From NCBI GenBank assembly GCA_964471275.1, contig CAYYGZ010000015.1:1-34913 (forward strand): 34,913 bases of DNA, read 5' to 3'. Source of the DNA: an uncultured bacterium (GTDB lineage: Bacteria; Latescibacterota; UBA2968). The position numbers were made by a program, and so were the translations under genes. This document shows positions 18,192 through 27,152 of this stretch, piece after piece. Each line of letters begins with the position of its first letter. Positions within the stretch are counted from its first letter, which is position 1. Under the pieces are notes generated by a model, which saw only the letters and a program-made list of their open reading frames with translations, searched no databases and was not told where the DNA came from.

Positions 18192-18668
18192 CTACTCTTT
18201 CATCGCCTCTTCTAACTTCGCCCGATCCTCATCCGACAGCCCGGAGGCCTCTTCTCCGGCGGATTCTTCATCCTTCCTCGACCAACCCCTCAGCACACTC
18301 CGAACGGCAAACCCGCCGATCACGATCCCGAAGATAGGCATAAACCACGCCATCAGGTTGAACCCTTCGGCCGGGGGCGTCACAAAAATGCGTTCTCCGA
18401 ACTCACCGACAAACCCGGCGATCACCAGATCCTTCGTCTGGCCCTTCTCGAGTGCCTCCGCAATCCGCTCCCGCTGCTCTCCTGCGTAGCCGCATCGGCA
18501 TTCATCCAGCGGCCGCGTCGGACACGATCCGCACAAGCAGGCCAACTCCTTCGCCACCTCCATCACTTTCGCATCCGCCACCTCCACCGCCCCGGCGGGT
18601 CCCGGATCTATCACCAGCGAACAGAAAGCAAGTGCCGACAGACAGACCGTGACGAATACGTGCTTCAT
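18192..18668 (-). CDS. ccmH: CcmH/CcmL-like cytochrome c biogenesis protein (Cys-rich variant)
   Basis: VAKELACLCGSC, FVGEFGERIFVTPP..GFNLMAWFMP; start at MKHVF. Confidence 0.85.
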   Translation of the reverse strand: MKHVFVTVCLSALAFCSLVIDPGPAGAVEVADAKVMEVAKELACLCGSCPTRPLDECRCGYAGEQRERIAEALEKGQTKDLVIAGFVGEFGERIFVTPPAEGFNLMAWFMPIFGIVIGGFAVRSVLRGWSRKDEESAGEEASGLSDEDRAKLEEAMKE

Positions 18669-18689
18669 TACACGCGTAACGCCCCTCTG

Positions 18690-18759
18690 CCCCCTGCCTG
18701 TCCTGAGTGGAGTCGAAGGACCCCCTGCCTGTCCTGAGCGGAGTAGAAGGACCCCCTGC
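18690..18759. repeat. 31-bp tandem repeat x2 plus partial unit (ccccctgcctgtcctgagYggagtMgaagga)
   Basis: Units 18690-18720 and 18721-18751 differ at 2 positions; lies between ccmF and ccmH. Confidence 0.9.
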
Positions 18760-18778
18760 GCTCTTGCCTCCCCGTCAC

Positions 18779-20803
18779 TCAAGCTGCAGCCTCACTCACT
18801 CTCCCGGGACGTCCGGCCTTGTCCCGACGACCAGATGCTCGCTTATCCGGCCAGATAACGACGATCATCCCGAGGGTCATCACCCAGCATCCCAGCCAGA
18901 CCCACATCACGAGTGGATTTACATACGCCGTGAAAAACGCCTGACCATCTTCATTCTGCCCCTCATAGAGAACATACAGATCTTCGCGCAGGTTCGACCG
19001 GATGGCGACCTCCGTCGTACGCTGCTGGTCCTTGCGTTTGTAATAGATGTGTTGTTCGGGATAGAGCGTGCCCAGCCGTTCCTCACCGACATAAACACCA
19101 AGCTGGGCTTCGATCACCTCCGTCAGTGGATTGCGGGTGAAATCATAGCCCTCGTAGACCACCTTGTATCCGCCGAGTTCGAAAGACTCTCCCTTGGCCA
19201 GGGCGATCTCGGTCTGCTGGTTGAACGCGTTGCCCGTAAACCCGACAAACATCAGCACAAAACCAAAGTGAACGACATACCCGCCGTAGCGACGTTTGTT
19301 CCGTCCGAAAAGCGTCCAGAATGCTTGCACATAGGACTCACCCGAGCTGCTCCCACGAGCGACGGCACCCCGATGGTATTCCGCGAAGATCGTGACGATC
19401 ACAAACACACAGAGAGCGAAGGAAATAATCGCGTAAACATCCCGCAGACCGATTGCCAAACAGATTGCCGCCGTCACAGCGCCCACCAGCGTGGGGAGGG
19501 TAAAGTGCCGTCTCAAGCTGGCTGTCGACGTCTTGCGCCAGGCCAGCAGAGGGCCGACCCCCGTCAGCAGCATCAGCGCGAGTCCGATTGGAATCATCAC
19601 CGTGTTGAAAAACGGCGGACCAACCGTAATCTTCGAGCCCGTCACGGCTTCGGAGATAATCGGGAACATTGTGCCCCAGAGAACCGCGAACATTGCACCG
19701 AGGAACAGCAGGTTATTCAGCAGGAACCCGCCCTCGCGCGAAACAGGCGAATCGTAATGCGTCTCGCTCTTCAGCATATCGTATCGGAGGTATAGAAGCA
19801 GGGCGGAAACACCCGCGATCACGATCACAAACCGCAAGAACCACGGTCCGACCGGCGATTGCGCAAACGTGTGAACCGAGGAAACAACACCGCTTCGCGT
19901 CAGGAACGTACCGAAAATGCAGAGGGTGTAGGTCAGAAGGATCAGCACCATATTCCAGACCTTCAACATCCCCTTCTTTTCCTGTATGATCACCGAGTGG
20001 AGATACGCGGTCGCAGTCAGCCACGGCAGCAAGGCCGCATTCTCGACCGGGTCCCAGCCCCAGTATCCCCCCCATCCCAGAACCACATACGCCCACTTCC
20101 CGCCGAGCAGCTGCCCGACACCGAGCAGAAACCACGGCACCAGCGTCCATCGGCGCGTGGCGTGAATCCACTCCGCGTCGACGTGCTTGCTGATCATTGC
20201 ACCGATCGCGAAGGCAAACGGAACCACAAAACCGACATAGCCTCCGTAGAGAACGGGGGGATGGATGGCCATCACTGGATGAACCAGCAGAGGATTCATT
20301 CCCTGACCGTCCGCCGGCGTAAACCCGACGGCCACATTCTCGACATCGCTGATAAGAAGGAAGGGATTCTCTAGAAACAGGACGACCCCGAGGAAGAACA
20401 CCTGGGTCACGGAAAGCACCGTCATCGCATACGCAGCTAGGGGACTCCGCATCCCGCTCAGCTTCCGGACGGCAAAGAACGAGTACATCGCCAGGATGAG
20501 CGACCAGAGTAGCAGCGACCCCTCCATCGACGACCAGATTGCTGTCAGCTTGTAGCCAGCGAGCAGGTCTCGACTCGACGCCTTCGCTACATAGTAGACA
20601 TCGAACCGATCCACCATAAACAGATACTCGAGGATCAGAAACGATCCCGTGATCAGAACAAAGGTCGCCAGAATCGCTCGCTCCGTGCTGACCGTCATAT
20701 CCATCCGATGCGACCTGCCCGAAACGATCGACGTGATCGTCGCGTAAATCGACAGCGCAAAACCCACATACAACAGAAAATTACCCAGCTCAGGAATAGC
20801 CAA
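18779..20803 (-). CDS. ccmF: Cytochrome c heme lyase CcmF
   Basis: EGSLLLW, GMNPLL, IHPP, WGGYWGWDPVEN, TAYLHS, GTFLTRSG..SVHTF, VVHFG. Confidence 0.97.
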   Translation of the reverse strand: MAIPELGNFLLYVGFALSIYATITSIVSGRSHRMDMTVSTERAILATFVLITGSFLILEYLFMVDRFDVYYVAKASSRDLLAGYKLTAIWSSMEGSLLLWSLILAMYSFFAVRKLSGMRSPLAAYAMTVLSVTQVFFLGVVLFLENPFLLISDVENVAVGFTPADGQGMNPLLVHPVMAIHPPVLYGGYVGFVVPFAFAIGAMISKHVDAEWIHATRRWTLVPWFLLGVGQLLGGKWAYVVLGWGGYWGWDPVENAALLPWLTATAYLHSVIIQEKKGMLKVWNMVLILLTYTLCIFGTFLTRSGVVSSVHTFAQSPVGPWFLRFVIVIAGVSALLLYLRYDMLKSETHYDSPVSREGGFLLNNLLFLGAMFAVLWGTMFPIISEAVTGSKITVGPPFFNTVMIPIGLALMLLTGVGPLLAWRKTSTASLRRHFTLPTLVGAVTAAICLAIGLRDVYAIISFALCVFVIVTIFAEYHRGAVARGSSSGESYVQAFWTLFGRNKRRYGGYVVHFGFVLMFVGFTGNAFNQQTEIALAKGESFELGGYKVVYEGYDFTRNPLTEVIEAQLGVYVGEERLGTLYPEQHIYYKRKDQQRTTEVAIRSNLREDLYVLYEGQNEDGQAFFTAYVNPLVMWVWLGCWVMTLGMIVVIWPDKRASGRRDKAGRPGRVSEAAA

Positions 20804-20822
20804 GACTGTCTTTCTCGCTCTA

Positions 20823-20846
20823 CCCTCTCCCGCCAGCGGGAGAGGG
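20823..20846. repeat. Perfect 10-bp hairpin (REP-like) ccctctcccg-ccag-cgggagaggg
   Basis: Inverted repeat read directly in the ccmE-ccmF gap; no U tract. Confidence 0.75.
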
Positions 20847-20884
20847 CTTACTGGTTTCCACTCTTCAATCCTAGATCCTCAATA

Positions 20885-21351
20885 TCACATCTTCTTCCCC
20901 GGCTTCTCTTCGCCGTGCATCTCTTTCATCTCGTCGTAGCTCTTGCTCTCGTATTTCGAAGGACACTTGGCCAGCAGGTGATCCGCCACGAACACACCAT
21001 CCGGTCCCTAACCCCTTCCAGGATCACATCGGACTCATCGCGGAACGTGTCGGGCACGATACCCTTATAGTGCACGAGCTTCCGATGGTTCGTCTCCGAA
21101 GCCGACCCCTGGACCGGTTCCCAGATCTCGAACCGAAGATCCAGGGAGACGTCGTCCCGGCTGATCGAACCGGGCACAACCTTCCCGGCAAGCTTGATCT
21201 TACGACCCACGAACTCCGCTTCGCGTGCCTCAAGCTCGGCGACAGTGAAGTAATACATTGACGTTTCCTGGAATCCAGAGACGATCAACATCGCCACACA
21301 ACCTGCGACAACCAGGATTCCCAGCCCAAACTTGAACTGCTTGGCCGTCAT
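20885..21351 (-). CDS. ccmE: Heme chaperone CcmE, CxxxY type, interrupted by 1-nt frameshift near 21009
   Basis: MYYFTVAE, LAGKVVPGS, YKGIVPDTFRD..VILEG in one frame; GPDGVFVADHLLAKCPSKYE..KM-TGA continues in the next frame; span 467 nt (one short of a multiple of 3). Confidence 0.9.
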
Positions 21352-21648
21352 ATTCTAGCCTCAGCGCTGAATAATCTGAAAAATCATAAACTCGAATACT
21401 CTCCGATCATCCCGAGAGCCCATCGCCGCGGTTTCAAGCGGCGCTGGGTGTATCAAGAGACGGTCATAGCCCAACGGAACACGTAGAGGAACCTCAGGAG
21501 CACAATGCTGAATGGTATATCTCACCAGCCGAAACAGCTTTCCATTCACACTGCAAGCCGACAACGAAATGCCGGACTCGTTCTGAACAAGGCATATATC
21601 TATGTATCTGCGAGGTTTAAGATACACGTTCGTCAAAATGCCGCAACG

Positions 21649-22800
21649 TCAGCCGCGAATTTCAGGTTGGCAGAAGATCGCGACAGGATTCTCTTCCACA
21701 CGTGTCAGGATCAGGGTGCTCGACCGGCATCCCTTCAGCTTCAGTTTGCCGAAAACAGCATCGGACGTCATCGGGAACCGGCGCTTCTTGATGTCGAGAC
21801 GGCCGATGCCCTGGTCCTTCACGTAAGCCTGAACACGTTTGATGCTGAACGGCAGCACGGCTTCCACGCTGAAGACGCGTGCATAGGGACTGTCGACCTG
21901 GGTCTCCGACGTGAGATAAGCAACATCCGGTGCGAGTTTCCGTGCACCGATCCTCGTTGCGACTTGCTCGACCAGATGCGCGCGAATCACGGCTCGATCG
22001 GGCTCATACAGATAAGCCGAGATTTCGCCACAGGGAACAGGTTCAACGGGTGCGTGAGCGATCGAGTCGCCGCTCGGCAGCAAGGTTGCTCTGACACGGG
22101 CACCTGATTGCAGTGCGCCAAACCAGAGGATGGCCTCCCTGCATTCACCTGCCACGGAGATGAACTCCGTTTCGCAACCATCCGGCAGTTCCTCATGGTC
22201 GATACCGGGAGCAACTTTGATGCCTACTGCCAGTTCCGGCCTGAGCCACGGTAGCTCATCGAAAGAGGGGGCGTAATCGTTGAGATGTACCACTCGCCGG
22301 CCACCCTCTCTGCGCGAAGGATCGATGAAAAATGCGGCACCACTAGGACACCAATATCTCACATCAGCACACGCAAACTTCGCCGTCAATCCGCTGACCG
22401 ACATGTTCTCCCGCGCCATCCGGACCCGTTCAGGTCGGACATCCACCGAGGTCAGCTTCGCCATCCGGGCCAGCGCCACCGAATCCCCACCGATTCCGCA
22501 GCACACATCCACGACATCCGCACAACCCGCATACCGCTTCGCCCGATGCTCCGCAATCACATCCCCCGACGCCTGCTCAAGCCCGTCCCGATCGAAAAAC
22601 ATCCGATCCGCATCCCTGAACTTCCGCCTGCCCCGTTCCCTCAAATCCATCAACGCCATCGCCGCACGCACGTACTCAGCCGGATAGTCCTTCCGCAGCA
22701 CCCCCTGCTTCGTCAGCGAATCCCCGGACAACTCCCCAATCCGCTCGAGCAATCCCTTCCCCGCATCTGACGCCAGATATGTGACATCCCTGAGATTCAC
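21649..22800 (-). CDS. Class I SAM-dependent methyltransferase with THUMP-like C-terminal domain
   Basis: GLEQAS, DVCCGIGGDS, FIDPSRR, IKVAPG, YLYEPDRAVIRAHL. Confidence 0.85.
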   Translation of the reverse strand: MNLRDVTYLASDAGKGLLERIGELSGDSLTKQGVLRKDYPAEYVRAAMALMDLRERGRRKFRDADRMFFDRDGLEQASGDVIAEHRAKRYAGCADVVDVCCGIGGDSVALARMAKLTSVDVRPERVRMARENMSVSGLTAKFACADVRYWCPSGAAFFIDPSRREGGRRVVHLNDYAPSFDELPWLRPELAVGIKVAPGIDHEELPDGCETEFISVAGECREAILWFGALQSGARVRATLLPSGDSIAHAPVEPVPCGEISAYLYEPDRAVIRAHLVEQVATRIGARKLAPDVAYLTSETQVDSPYARVFSVEAVLPFSIKRVQAYVKDQGIGRLDIKKRRFPMTSDAVFGKLKLKGCRSSTLILTRVEENPVAIFCQPEIRG

Positions 22801-22903
22801 CCGCTTCCCTCAAACCAAAGAGGGCTCAGCCCCTAGAGCCACGCCCCCAAATCTCCGCTCTCACTCAGCCGTAGACTTTCCCGGCTTGCCGACTCCCTGC
22901 CTT

Positions 22904-25810
22904 TCAATACGTCGCCACATCATCCGCCGTCAAAACCCTCACCGGCGCCACCGATCTCAGCTTCGCCATATCCATCTTCGTAGAATCTCCGAGAACGCTG
23001 ATCAGCTTCGGCTTACCCGCCAGGTGTTTCTTCTGGAATGCCACGACATCGGCCAGAGTCACATCCTGCACGCGATCGAAGCGCTCCTTCCTGGGATCCA
23101 CCTCCAGCTCCTGGAGCTCCCAACTTCTGACAGCGCCCAGTACCTCTCTAAAACCGATTTTGGCCGTGCGATAGTCATTCAGCTTTGCTCCGTGGGCGGC
23201 ACGATATCGATCTTCAGACTCGGGCAGCTCATCCCACAAACCGAGGAGGGCTTCGATCGCCTCCGGCGTCTTGTCCGCCTGCGTTCCCATTCCGGCAAAC
23301 ATCAGATTCTCATCGTTCTTCCGGCTTCCGGAAAAGTACCGAGCCCCAACACCGTATGCCAACGCACGCGCCTCACGGATCTCCTGGAAGACGATTCCGG
23401 ACATCCCTCCCGCGAAATACTCGTTATACATCTCGACATAGGGTATCAGAGATGCATCGAAGACGCCGTCGGGAAGTTCGATCCTGACATCTGATGCGGC
23501 CTTCTCCATCTGCAGGAGCAGAATCTCGGTTGCCTCGATTGATCTCGCCCGATCGAATCGATACGAAGGCGGCTCTTTCAGATCCTTCTCGAGTGGATGA
23601 TGCTTCTTCAAAGCCGCGAGCACATCTTCCAGAGAGCGGCCTCCGGTATAAGTGATGGTGTGTTTGTAGCCCGGCAGCTCCTTCACTGTGCGCAGCAGGT
23701 CATCTATCTTGAGCGATCTGATGGCATCGGACGGTATGCGGCGAAGCAGCCGTGACGATTCCCCGTAGCGGGTGTACAGCACCAGCGCCAGCCTCAGAAA
23801 ACGGGGATCCTTCTTGCCGGTCTCTCGTCGCCCCAGCGTGATCTGAATCAGCTTGGCGAGGGTTTCCTGTTCCAAGATCGGATTTCGGGTCACTTCTTGC
23901 ATCAGCGCCATCGATGCATTGAAGTTCTCCTCGAGACCGGAGATCGAGAACGAGGATTCGTTGTTTCCCGTCGAGAAACCGAAGTCCGTGCCTATCCGGT
24001 ACCATTCCTTCTTCAGTTCTTCGGGCGAATACTGCGCGGTGCCGGATCGTTCATGAAGCATCGCCGCAAACTGGATCTTGTCGTTCTGGTTGAACCCGAT
24101 ATCAAAGTTGTAGCTCAGGCTGAACAGATCGTTCAGGGGATTCTTGCTGTAGTAGAGCGTGACTCCCGGCTGCACTTCGACAACCTTGTAATCCTTATCC
24201 GGATCCACGAACACGGGTGAGAGCGGTTTCGGCTCCGCGGCCAGCACGGACTTCGCATACTCGGTCTGGCGCGTGGGATCGATAGCGATCTTGTCGATCT
24301 CCGGCTTCTCGATCTTGGGAACTTCGTGCGGCGCGTCACGTCTGTAACCGATCACATAATGCCCGCCAAAAAGGTCGTTTGCCACGCGGACGATGTCCGC
24401 CTTCGTGATCCTGCTCATCCGGTCCAGCCGACTGACGGCGTGATCCCAATCGGTGTAGGACTCGAAGGCGCCCCGCATCATCCCCACACGACCCGCGTTT
24501 GACTCCAGCCGTGCCTTGTCTTCCTTCTTGAATTGGGCGATCACCGACGGGATCAAGTCGTCATCGAATTCGCCTGCAAGGAGTGCCTTGATCTGGGTCA
24601 GCAGGATGTCACGTGCCTCTTCGAGCGTCTGGCCCTTCTTGGGGACAGCGTTAAAATGCTCGTAGGAGTAGTCGATATACGACGTGCTGAACGCGGAAGC
24701 CTGTCTCACCTCCTGCCGCTGGTTGACAAGATCGATCAGTCCGGCTCGGCCATTGGACATCACGTAATCTGCCAGAAACCACGCTTCGTGGTCCAGGTGA
24801 TGCTTGCCCGGTGCCCGGAACGCAATCGTAACCTGTTCTTCGCCCGGAAACGTCACCTCGACGATCTCGGTTTCTTTCAAGGGCTCTTCGACCCACTTCA
24901 TCCTGTCGGGAAGGTCTTGCCTCTTCCACGAGGAGAAGTGTTTGTCGATGGTCTTTATCGTCTGCTTCAGATCGATCGCCCCCGAAATGATGATCGCCAT
25001 GTTGCTTGAGATGTAGTAGGTCGTGAAGAACTTGTGGATATTCGTCAGCGACGGATTCTTCAGGTGCTCAACGGTACCGATACCCGTCTGCTGACCATAG
25101 GGATGGATCTTGAAGAGAGCCTCGAGAATGGGCTCGCGGAGAATATCGCCCTTGTCGTCAAGCGAAAGGTTCTTCTCCTCATACACGATTTCGAGTTCTG
25201 GCTGAAACAGTCGATAGACCGGCTTATTGAACCGTTCCGACTCGATCATCGCCCACTGCTCGAGTCGGTTCGAGGGCAGATTCACGATATAGTTTGTCCG
25301 GTCAGGCCCGGTGCTCGCGTTGATCCCTGACCCACCCAGGGACTGATACAGACGGTCGATCTCGTTTGGGATAGCGAACTCGGCAGCTTTCTGCGAGGCC
25401 TCGTTGATCTTTGCATAGATCGCCTTACGCTTCGCCGGATCGCTCTCCTGCCAGTGTTCCTCGTAAAGCGCCTCGATCCGCTCGATATGGGGTCTCTCCT
25501 TCTCCCAATTGAGCGTTCCCATTTGTTGAGTGCCTTTGAACAGCAGGTGCTCCAGGTAGTGCGCAAGACCGGTCGACTCAGCCGGGTCGTCTTTGCTGCC
25601 TGCGCGCACGACGACTTCCGCGTGGAATCGGGGCTCTTCGTGATTCTCCGTCAGGTAGACCTTCAATCCGTTGTCCAGCTCATAGATGTGGACATCCATC
25701 GGGTCCTGCGGATTCGGCTTGTTGACCAACTTGTATCCCGCATCAACCGGCACCGACCACGACGCAACCACCAGAACACACAAACTCAACGCTGCTCTCA
25801 CAAACGACAT
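22904..25810 (-). CDS. M16 (insulinase/pitrilysin family) zinc peptidase, exported
   Basis: LDNGLKVY, GLAHYLEHLLFKGT (HxxEH), INAST, C-terminal EIREARALAY; signal peptide from MSFVRAAL. Confidence 0.92.
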   Translation of the reverse strand: MSFVRAALSLCVLVVASWSVPVDAGYKLVNKPNPQDPMDVHIYELDNGLKVYLTENHEEPRFHAEVVVRAGSKDDPAESTGLAHYLEHLLFKGTQQMGTLNWEKERPHIERIEALYEEHWQESDPAKRKAIYAKINEASQKAAEFAIPNEIDRLYQSLGGSGINASTGPDRTNYIVNLPSNRLEQWAMIESERFNKPVYRLFQPELEIVYEEKNLSLDDKGDILREPILEALFKIHPYGQQTGIGTVEHLKNPSLTNIHKFFTTYYISSNMAIIISGAIDLKQTIKTIDKHFSSWKRQDLPDRMKWVEEPLKETEIVEVTFPGEEQVTIAFRAPGKHHLDHEAWFLADYVMSNGRAGLIDLVNQRQEVRQASAFSTSYIDYSYEHFNAVPKKGQTLEEARDILLTQIKALLAGEFDDDLIPSVIAQFKKEDKARLESNAGRVGMMRGAFESYTDWDHAVSRLDRMSRITKADIVRVANDLFGGHYVIGYRRDAPHEVPKIEKPEIDKIAIDPTRQTEYAKSVLAAEPKPLSPVFVDPDKDYKVVEVQPGVTLYYSKNPLNDLFSLSYNFDIGFNQNDKIQFAAMLHERSGTAQYSPEELKKEWYRIGTDFGFSTGNNESSFSISGLEENFNASMALMQEVTRNPILEQETLAKLIQITLGRRETGKKDPRFLRLALVLYTRYGESSRLLRRIPSDAIRSLKIDDLLRTVKELPGYKHTITYTGGRSLEDVLAALKKHHPLEKDLKEPPSYRFDRARSIEATEILLLQMEKAASDVRIELPDGVFDASLIPYVEMYNEYFAGGMSGIVFQEIREARALAYGVGARYFSGSRKNDENLMFAGMGTQADKTPEAIEALLGLWDELPESEDRYRAAHGAKLNDYRTAKIGFREVLGAVRSWELQELEVDPRKERFDRVQDVTLADVVAFQKKHLAGKPKLISVLGDSTKMDMAKLRSVAPVRVLTADDVATY

Positions 25811-25919
25811 AGACCTCTCCCGTTTAGAAACCACCATCAACCTACCGCTCTCCACTCTCGGCCTCGTCCCTGCCTCACCCTTCAGCCCCCCTGCGCCCCT
25901 CCAGGTTTGCCTCTTCCCC

Positions 25920-26452
25920 CGTAGTGGTCCCCCCAAGGCGAGACATTTTCAAGCTGCCGTTAAAGTTGATTGATGTGCTTCATTCACTTCGTTTGGTGTT
26001 CGGTAGTCGAGCGACGAGTGCAGCCGCTCCTGGTTATAGTAGCTGGCATAGTCTGCAATGGCGTCACGCGCCTCACTGAGGCTATCGTAGTCGCTACTCC
26101 AGATCTCTTCTTCCTTGATGGTGCGGATCACGCGCTCAACGTAGGCGTTGTCATCAGGAGCATTGTATCCAGTGTATTGTCCCTTGATACCGTGTTCGAG
26201 GAACTCAACGAAGTGTTTCGAACTGGGCTCAGCACCATTGTCGCTCCGTAGAACCAGGTCTGAACACGATTCCTTAGTTCGCAACCCACGGGATTCAAGA
26301 GCCGGGCGAACAGCACTGCTCCTGTCTGATGCCCTACACCGATCTGTGGCGTGCCATCCCACGAGCTGGCGTGTGTAACAGTCTATGATGGTCACCAGAT
26401 ACACAGGCCTGAGGTTCGAACGCTGAAAGCTGGTCATATCGATCTGCCAGGC
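25920..26452 (-). mobile_element. IS3-family remnant: DDE integrase core plus putative right end
   Basis: WQIDMT, IIDCYTR, LRSDNG, DNAYVERVIRTIKEE, YYNQERLHSSLDYRTP; after the stop, TGTCTCGCCTTGGGGGGACCACTAC resembles an IS3 IRR. Confidence 0.9.
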
Positions 26453-26647
26453 TTCGTAGCCATCCCTGCGGGGCATCAAGACGTCGAGCAGCACGATGTC
26501 CGGCGGTCCTTCGGCCACTCTCTCGAGCATCTCGAAACCATCGAAGGCTGTGATGACATCGTAGCCTTCAGGAATCAGGTAGGCTTCCAGAAGTTCGACG
26601 TTCTGGGGATGATCGTCTACAACGAGTACGCGTGCGGGTTGATCCAT
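26453..26647 (-). pseudogene. Truncated response-regulator receiver (PleD-like N-terminus) fused in frame to IS3 integrase
   Basis: RVLVVDDHPQNVELLEAYL..PDIVLLDVLMPRRDGYE then abrupt switch to integrase sequence. Confidence 0.85.
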
Positions 26648-26655
26648 AGCTCTCT

Positions 26656-27036
26656 CTACTTGGCCCTTTCGTCCAGGAACGGTTGTATGGTCTTGGTGAT
26701 AGCTCGTGTGTCGATGGGCTTACTGATATACCCATCGCATCCGGCTTCCCGGGCCTTCTCCTCGTCACCCCACATGGCGTGTGCGGTCAAGGCGATGATC
26801 GGAATGTTCGCCATTCCAGGCTTTTCCTTAATCATCCCTGTCACCGTAAGACCATCGAGGCCCGGGAGCTGGATATCCATAAGGATCAGGTCCGGGATTT
26901 CGGCATCGACCTGTTTGAGCGCTTCTGATCCGGTCATCGCCGAGGTGATGGCGTATCCATTGGCTTCAAGGATATTGGAAATCAACTCGAGGTTGAGCGG
27001 ATTACCCTCGACGATCAGGATTCTTTCTCTCGCCAC
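26656..27036 (-). CDS. Single-domain response regulator (DivK-like)
   Basis: PDLILMDIQLPGLDGL, IPIIALTAHAM.GDEE, GCDGYISKPI. Confidence 0.88.
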   Translation of the reverse strand: MARERILIVEGNPLNLELISNILEANGYAITSAMTGSEALKQVDAEIPDLILMDIQLPGLDGLTVTGMIKEKPGMANIPIIALTAHAMWGDEEKAREAGCDGYISKPIDTRAITKTIQPFLDERAK

Positions 27037-27089
27037 ACGACCTCGAAAATGACTGTTAATGGCAGCTTTTCAGGCACTTACGTCGGCGT

Positions 27090-27118
27090 GCGATATGCGT
27101 TCACTCTGGTGATGTCAA
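27090..27118 (-). promoter_or_regulatory. Possible sigma70 promoter for the response-regulator pair
   Basis: TTGACA-17 bp-TATCGC on the - strand; -10 is weak. Confidence 0.35.
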
Positions 27119-27152
27119 GGGGTTTACGGCAAAACGCGCAAGCATGCTCGCG

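Noticed and set aside
18690..18759. Possible mini-CRISPR array
   Set aside because: Repeats are directly adjacent with no spacers, and there are no cas genes
21420..21450. tRNA/6S-like hairpin GGTTTCAA
   Set aside because: No cloverleaf or long 6S rod could be built; kept only as a possible leader
25811..25936. Extended ORF-track starts for M16 (also ccmB 15778, ccmH 18782, OMP 12223)
   Set aside because: Extensions run through repeats or IS ends and precede clear signal peptides or family N-termini
11600..26000. Strongly C-rich + strand suggesting foreign DNA
   Set aside because: Genes are housekeeping; replication/coding-strand skew is a simpler explanation and I could not quantify it
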